Positions 59,014 to 64,000 of a stretch of 64,000 nucleotides of DNA are shown piece after piece. Numbering within the stretch: position 1 is the first letter of the stretch; each line of letters opens with the position of its first letter. The stretch is from Nitrospirales bacterium (GTDB taxonomy: Bacteria; Nitrospirota; Nitrospiria; Nitrospirales; UBA8639). The notes beneath the pieces are model-generated. The model was not told the origin of the DNA. It ran no database searches and saw nothing but the letters and a program-made list of their open reading frames with translations. The translations under genes were made by a program, and so were the position numbers. The stretch is taken from assembly GCA_965223295.1 (NCBI GenBank), contig CBDCWC010000002.1:672001-736000 (forward strand), written 5' to 3'.

Positions 59014-60459
59014 TTGATCAATAGACGCCATGGTGCCAACACTGGCTTTGTTCAGGGACGAGTTGCGATGCAAGGTTCGCGCAGGCGTCCCATCCGCTGT
59101 GTCTCATACTATATGTCCTGGCTTATACCGATGCTCATCCTGTTCGCGCCTCCGGTGGTGGCCGAAGAGAGTGCTCCAAATTCGGCCGAAACTGAGAGAG
59201 AAGTCGCCTACGACCCTTATCGTGGCGTAGATGACGATGGCCGGATTCCTAAGATCGACAAGGCCGCTCTGGTCGAGAGGCCCGAACGTTGGCGTTACGT
59301 TCCCGAAGGACGACTCAAACCCGGCGGGTTCTTCCAGCGCTTCCTGGTCTCAAGCTTCCTCGTTCCAATCGTCTTCGCCAAATCCGATGTTGGAACTGGA
59401 TTAGGTGTGGCACTGACCGATATCGATTTTCGCGCCCAACGTCGTCGCGAATTCATGGGCGTGTTCCTCTCCTACACAACTGAGGGCCAACAGAGTTATG
59501 TGGTGCGTTGGCGACGCTGGCTCAAACATCTTGAAGTCTCCAGTGGTGGCATACTCCAGGAGGAACGCAGCTTCGTTAGCATGGGCGGTGGATATCGCAA
59601 GACCCTGACCCGCCGTTTCTTTGGGATCGGTCCGTCGACTAAAGAACGCGAGGAGACGAGCTTTACCGACCAAATGGCTTTTATTGACATAGGGCTATCC
59701 ACCTCTCTCGAGGACTCGTTCCAAGATGTCGTTCTCGAACTGGGTATACGAGGGGAACACCACAGGCTCAGCCGGGGACAGGTCGGGAATGCAGGACAAA
59801 CCAGCACCGAGTTTCCCGAGCTCTTTGCCGAGGCGGACCCTTATGGTCTCGGCTGGTTGGCTGCAGGCCTTCGCTGGGACACGAGGGATAGCCTGCGCAA
59901 CCCCTACCGCGGAACGGTCCTAGGAGCAAGGATCGATGCCGCGCTGCTTCAGAATAATTGGAACCGTGGGGCGATCTACAAACTCTTCGGCGACCAGTTG
60001 ATCCCCGTCCCGGGACTCTTTCACAGCGGAGGAGATGAGGAAGAAGAGCATCCGCCAACCGACACCATCGCGCTCCACGCCGAAAGTCAACTCAGCTCCG
60101 GCGACTTGCCGTTCTTCGCCCGGCCAACGCTCGGAGGCAATAAGGTGCTGCGCGGGTATATCGCTGGTCGATGGCGAGACGATGCGGCCTGGACAGCAGC
60201 GACGGAATATCGCTTCTGGGTCTTTCCCCGCGGTTTCACCGTCTGGCGGCATATTCGTGTTGAACGCCTCGGACTGGCGATCTTCTACGAAGTTGGGGGT
60301 GTCGCGGAGAACGGAATAGGCCTCTTCCAGGAACGCGTGCGCCAGAGCTACGGGATCAGCGGTCGTTTTACCCTAGAACGTGCCGCGATCTTTCGCGCCG
60401 ATTTCGGGTTCTCGGAAGATGGCTTCAATTTTTCTGCAGGTTTCGGCCTCCCCTTTTGA
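59014..60459 (+). CDS. Omp85/BamA-TamA-like beta-barrel outer-membrane protein (start uncertain)
   Basis: WDTRD...PYRG, LGG...LRGY...RWRD, terminal GFGLPF; no POTRA-sized region. Confidence 0.8.
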   Translation: MINRRHGANTGFVQGRVAMQGSRRRPIRCVSYYMSWLIPMLILFAPPVVAEESAPNSAETEREVAYDPYRGVDDDGRIPKIDKAALVERPERWRYVPEGRLKPGGFFQRFLVSSFLVPIVFAKSDVGTGLGVALTDIDFRAQRRREFMGVFLSYTTEGQQSYVVRWRRWLKHLEVSSGGILQEERSFVSMGGGYRKTLTRRFFGIGPSTKEREETSFTDQMAFIDIGLSTSLEDSFQDVVLELGIRGEHHRLSRGQVGNAGQTSTEFPELFAEADPYGLGWLAAGLRWDTRDSLRNPYRGTVLGARIDAALLQNNWNRGAIYKLFGDQLIPVPGLFHSGGDEEEEHPPTDTIALHAESQLSSGDLPFFARPTLGGNKVLRGYIAGRWRDDAAWTAATEYRFWVFPRGFTVWRHIRVERLGLAIFYEVGGVAENGIGLFQERVRQSYGISGRFTLERAAIFRADFGFSEDGFNFSAGFGLPF

Positions 60460-60491
60460 AAAAATTCGCGCTGCAGGAAAACTCTGTCTCC

Positions 60492-61100
60492 TCACGATAT
60501 ATAGTCGATTAACTTTTTATTGATAAGCAAGAAAACCTGATCGAAAGCTTGAGCAAGAGGTCGTTTTGGAGTCATGATTTTACGCACCCGCACTCTAAGC
60601 ATACCCCAATAGTGTTCAATCGGATTGAGATCAGGGGAATACGTGGGCAAGAACTTGAGGGGACAGCCTCTCCTGGCGAGCAGGCTGTAAGTTTTCGGCG
60701 ATTTATGGCACGACGCGTTATCTATGATCACCGTTTGTCCGGGCTTGAGCTCAGAGAGTTACACCTCTTCCACCCACGTATTCAAGACTTGCGTAGCACA
60801 GTACCCTTCAAATCGCATGGAGCCAGCAGAGGGGAACCATTCAAAGCGGCAATGAGACTGATGCGGTGGGCTCGAGTCCCCGAGACTTCACCCATCACTT
60901 TGGTGCCGCGAAGCGCGTGCCCGTATGGACGGTGGAACGAGGCATCAACGCCACTTTCATCTAGGTACACAAGGCTTTTCGGTTCTAACCCTGCCAGCTC
61001 TTTTTGAAACTGACGGCGAGCCGCCTCGTTGCGCTCGCCGTAAAGTACAGTTTTTTTTCGAGTGATCGCCAGACGCTGACAGGTTTTCCAGACGGCACTA
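60492..61100 (-). pseudogene. IS630-family transposase remnant
   Basis: TRKKT, YLDESG, IDNASCHK, LPTYSPDLNPIE; frameshift near 60818, in-frame TAA, N-terminus missing. Confidence 0.88.
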
Positions 61101-61196
61101 TAGTATTTTAACTTTCAACTGATGTCTCATAAAATTCCTTCTCCTCGAGGGAGAAGGTGAGGGTGAAGACCCACTTGTTGATTAAAACACCATAGT
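61097..61196. repeat. 100-bp element with 15-bp imperfect terminal inverted repeats and internal hairpin
   Basis: ACTATAGTATTTTAA...TTAAAACACCATAGT; internal CCTTCTCC-TCGAG-GGAGAAGG. Confidence 0.5.
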
Positions 61197-61427
61197 AGAG
61201 GCTAAATGACAGGGAATCGAGGAAAATGCTAGAGGGAACCAAACATGACAAATAGCCAAACTGTCTCATAGAAAACTGTGTTATTCATTGATATTGTACC
61301 ATTTTCTGTCAGTTCTGAACCCATGTTTTTAACAAAATTATGAAGTTGCAAAATGAGAAGAGACATCTAATAACGCCTCTTAAAACTTCTCTAGTGCGCT
61401 CGAAGTGACATAGAATCAAATCAACAG

Positions 61428-61778
61428 CTACATAAGCTCTTTCTTTTTGGGTTTGTTAGGGACACAGATGTCGCATTGGCACATGTTGCGAAGAGAGGTA
61501 TAGCTATAAATGCCCGTGTCATGACCATCACTCCATTTGAAACGAAAGGCATAACGTCCGACCGGTTCAATATCTTCTAAGAGGATAAGCAATGGGATCG
61601 AATCGGGCTTGAGACGCCGCTCCCCTGTCCACTCATCTACGCAACCTGCGCATGGACAATGCTGACGAAGATACCGCACAGGGTACACACCTTTATGCCC
61701 ATCACTCCAAGTGATACTCAACACTCCCTTGTCGAGCCATTCCATATCAGTTGGTTCAAGTGATTGTTCCCTTGTCAT
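61428..61778 (-). CDS. DUF971-family (GBBH N-terminal-like) protein
   Basis: WSDGH...LRQHCPCAGC, VGRYA, WSDGHDTGIYS. Confidence 0.88.
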   Translation of the reverse strand: MTREQSLEPTDMEWLDKGVLSITWSDGHKGVYPVRYLRQHCPCAGCVDEWTGERRLKPDSIPLLILLEDIEPVGRYAFRFKWSDGHDTGIYSYTSLRNMCQCDICVPNKPKKKELM

Positions 61779-61805
61779 TCTCGCATTTCCTTCTCGGGCA
61801 ATTGC

Positions 61806-62555
61806 CTAAGAGACCCACGGCTCAAATGTGGGAAGCGATTTTCCGACAACTGCATAAAAATAGGCTTCCATCGCCGCTTCAACTTCGACACGCACACTCC
61901 CGATGGCTTTGAGGCGAGACAGGTTCGGCATGGATAGCCGTCGTGCTTGCTCAATAAATGCCACACTGCCTTTCGATAACAACAACATACGACCCACGTC
62001 CCGCGACCCACAATCGCGGCAGACAATGCCTCCAAGGCGTGGAGAAAACCATTGAGAGAGCTGTTGCTGCGCGATCGTTCCACATTCCGTACAGGAATTG
62101 AATTGTGGACGAAATCCCGTATGGCCCAGCACATGTATTTGGAACAAGAGCGCGGTGAGGACCACATCGTCGTCTGACCGCAATGATTCCAGCCCATGAA
62201 CTAGCGCGGCATACATGTTCGGATTGGGGTCACGATCCGCTGTAATGGCGTCAACCATTTTGACCATCCTAGCCGCTGCGGTCATCACAGTTAAATCTTC
62301 TCGAATCGAGGCATAACTTGTCACTAAATCAATTTGACTAATTTGGCCAAGAGACTCCGGTGTTTTTTGAAAAAGAGTCATATCCACCAAACCAAAGGGT
62401 TCCAGAACTCCCCCAAATCGAGTTTTCATCCGTCGGGCTCCACGGGCTACACCCCGCACTTTTCCCAAATTGGGAGAATATACGGTGATGATGCGATCTG
62501 CATCGCCCCATTTTAGGCTTCGAAGAATAATGCCTCTGGTGCGGACTAAGGGCAT
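61806..62555 (-). CDS. recO: DNA repair protein RecO
   Basis: GDADRI, GKVRGVARGAR, CTECG...CRDC; downstream of era. Confidence 0.93.
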   Translation of the reverse strand: MPLVRTRGIILRSLKWGDADRIITVYSPNLGKVRGVARGARRMKTRFGGVLEPFGLVDMTLFQKTPESLGQISQIDLVTSYASIREDLTVMTAAARMVKMVDAITADRDPNPNMYAALVHGLESLRSDDDVVLTALLFQIHVLGHTGFRPQFNSCTECGTIAQQQLSQWFSPRLGGIVCRDCGSRDVGRMLLLSKGSVAFIEQARRLSMPNLSRLKAIGSVRVEVEAAMEAYFYAVVGKSLPTFEPWVS

Positions 62556-62713
62556 ATCTCGAATTTAGTGTTGAACGTGTTTGTAAAGTTTCCAAGAGTC
62601 ATTGTTCAACTCAGTGAAAAGTGAGTAACAACAAGCCCGATAATACAGCAATTCATTTTCGTAAGCTCCTGTTTCACCTCTCTCCTCACCACTTAGTTTT
62701 TACTTCTCACTAT

Positions 62714-63610
62714 TCACAAGCCATAGCCTAAATCGGATAAGACGCGTGGATCATCACGCCATCCAGCCTGGACCTTGACCCACATCTCTAAAAAAATTTT
62801 CATCCCAAAGAGGCCTTCCATTTCTTCACGCGCCTGTTGACCGACTTCTTTCAGTCGTCGTCCACCTTTCCCAATAATAATCCCTTTTTGACTCGATTTC
62901 TCAACCATGATCACCGCGTAAATAGTTGTGAGTTTTTTGGTTTCCTCAAATTGCTCAATGAAGACTCCCACGGCATATGGCAATTCAGCATGGGTTGAGG
63001 CCAGGACTTTTTCACGAATAATTTCGCCCGCCATCTGGCGCATGGATTGATTGGTCAAAAAATCTTTGTCATACAATACATCTCCCGAATCTTCCAAACA
63101 GGCAAACGTGAGCTCAACTAATCGAGGGACATTTAATCCTGTTTTGGCTGAAAGCGGGACAATTTCTGTCCATGAATATCGAGTGCGGTACTGTTCTATG
63201 AGAGGCAACAAACGAGACTTCTCCACAGCATCGGCTTTGTTCAAAAGTAGAAAGACCGCTTGAAACGGTTGTTCCTTGTTCGTTTCTTTGACTTGGTCAA
63301 TGACAAATTGATCACCTGGCCCAAGTGGCACTTGACTATCCACAATGACATATACCACATCAGATTCTGTCAAAATGCCCAAGGCAGACTGTACCATTTG
63401 AGCATTGAGTCGATGATGCGGGGTATGCAACCCTGGCGTATCAACCAAGATTAACTGTCCATCGGGATAGTGCCCGACACCCACAATCGGCATTCGGGTA
63501 GTTTGAGGTTTATCAGAAACAATCGCAACTTTTTCTCGCACTAGGGCATTCAGCAAAGTCGACTTGCCCACATTGGGACGACCGAGGATCGCAAGTTGAC
63601 CCGACTTCAT
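62714..63610 (-). CDS. era: GTPase Era
   Basis: GRPNVGKST, KPQTTR, DTPG, KH domain IIGKGG. Confidence 0.96.
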   Translation of the reverse strand: MKSGQLAILGRPNVGKSTLLNALVREKVAIVSDKPQTTRMPIVGVGHYPDGQLILVDTPGLHTPHHRLNAQMVQSALGILTESDVVYVIVDSQVPLGPGDQFVIDQVKETNKEQPFQAVFLLLNKADAVEKSRLLPLIEQYRTRYSWTEIVPLSAKTGLNVPRLVELTFACLEDSGDVLYDKDFLTNQSMRQMAGEIIREKVLASTHAELPYAVGVFIEQFEETKKLTTIYAVIMVEKSSQKGIIIGKGGRRLKEVGQQAREEMEGLFGMKIFLEMWVKVQAGWRDDPRVLSDLGYGL

Positions 63611-63695
63611 AAGAGGAATCTGGAGTAGGAAAAGAAAAAATGGCTCTTAGATAAACGCCTCTGAGGATAAAAAAAGGGAGAGGGTAACACTCAGA

Positions 63696-64000
63696 CTACG
63701 GCCTGGCCGTCAGAGAAGAGGGCGAGGGCTCGACAAACTGATACACTTTTTCACCGGGACGAACCATACCCAATCGATCTCTCGCAAGTTCTTCCAATCG
63801 CTGGGGATCATGTTGGATACGAGTGATATCCCCTTGCATAGCCGCATTCATATACTCTAATTGCTCAATCTGCTTCACGAGATATTGACGGTTCTCCCGC
63901 ATCTTAAAATACCGTGGCAATCCATCTTCACTAAAAAACATGGTTCCTGCCAGCATGCTCATGATAAAAAATGCACCGACTACCGGAAGCCGGCAACCCA
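63696..64000 (-). CDS. ftsB: Septum formation initiator FtsB/DivIC (5' end likely beyond the window)
   Basis: TM, coiled coil, LEELARDRLGMVRPGEKVY. Confidence 0.85.
   Translation of the reverse strand, partial: GCRLPVVGAFFIMSMLAGTMFFSEDGLPRYFKMRENRQYLVKQIEQLEYMNAAMQGDITRIQHDPQRLEELARDRLGMVRPGEKVYQFVEPSPSSLTARP

Overview
A mostly core-chromosome window from a Gram-negative bacterium. Gene content and order suggest Nitrospirota/Nitrospirales (inference). Housekeeping genes include tatC, rimI-tsaB, radA, tatD, truA, fbaB, cysE-ispF-ispD-PIN/TRAM, pmm-manC-kdsC, a Gld-like ABC operon, tkt, an LPP20/LpoB lipoprotein operon, ppa, acs, riboflavin synthase, recO, era and ftsB. Small accessory patches carry an intact IS3-family element, a decayed IS630 beside a GC-rich Omp85-type gene, an intact parDE module and a fitA-vapC module with a decayed toxin. 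No rRNA, tRNA or CRISPR array was seen. Main observations: (1) a HelY/Ski2-type helicase split at the RecA1/RecA2 linker into two intact genes in reversed order; (2) six copies of a ~190-bp MITE with 5-bp target duplications, a covarying internal stem and nested palindromic modules; (3) a LexA-type peptidase fused to an XRE HTH, with a palindrome over an apparently leaderless start and a downstream ORF carrying QLSLF; (4) a ClC protein with valine at the gating-glutamate position. All family calls come from motif recognition by eye; no database search was run.
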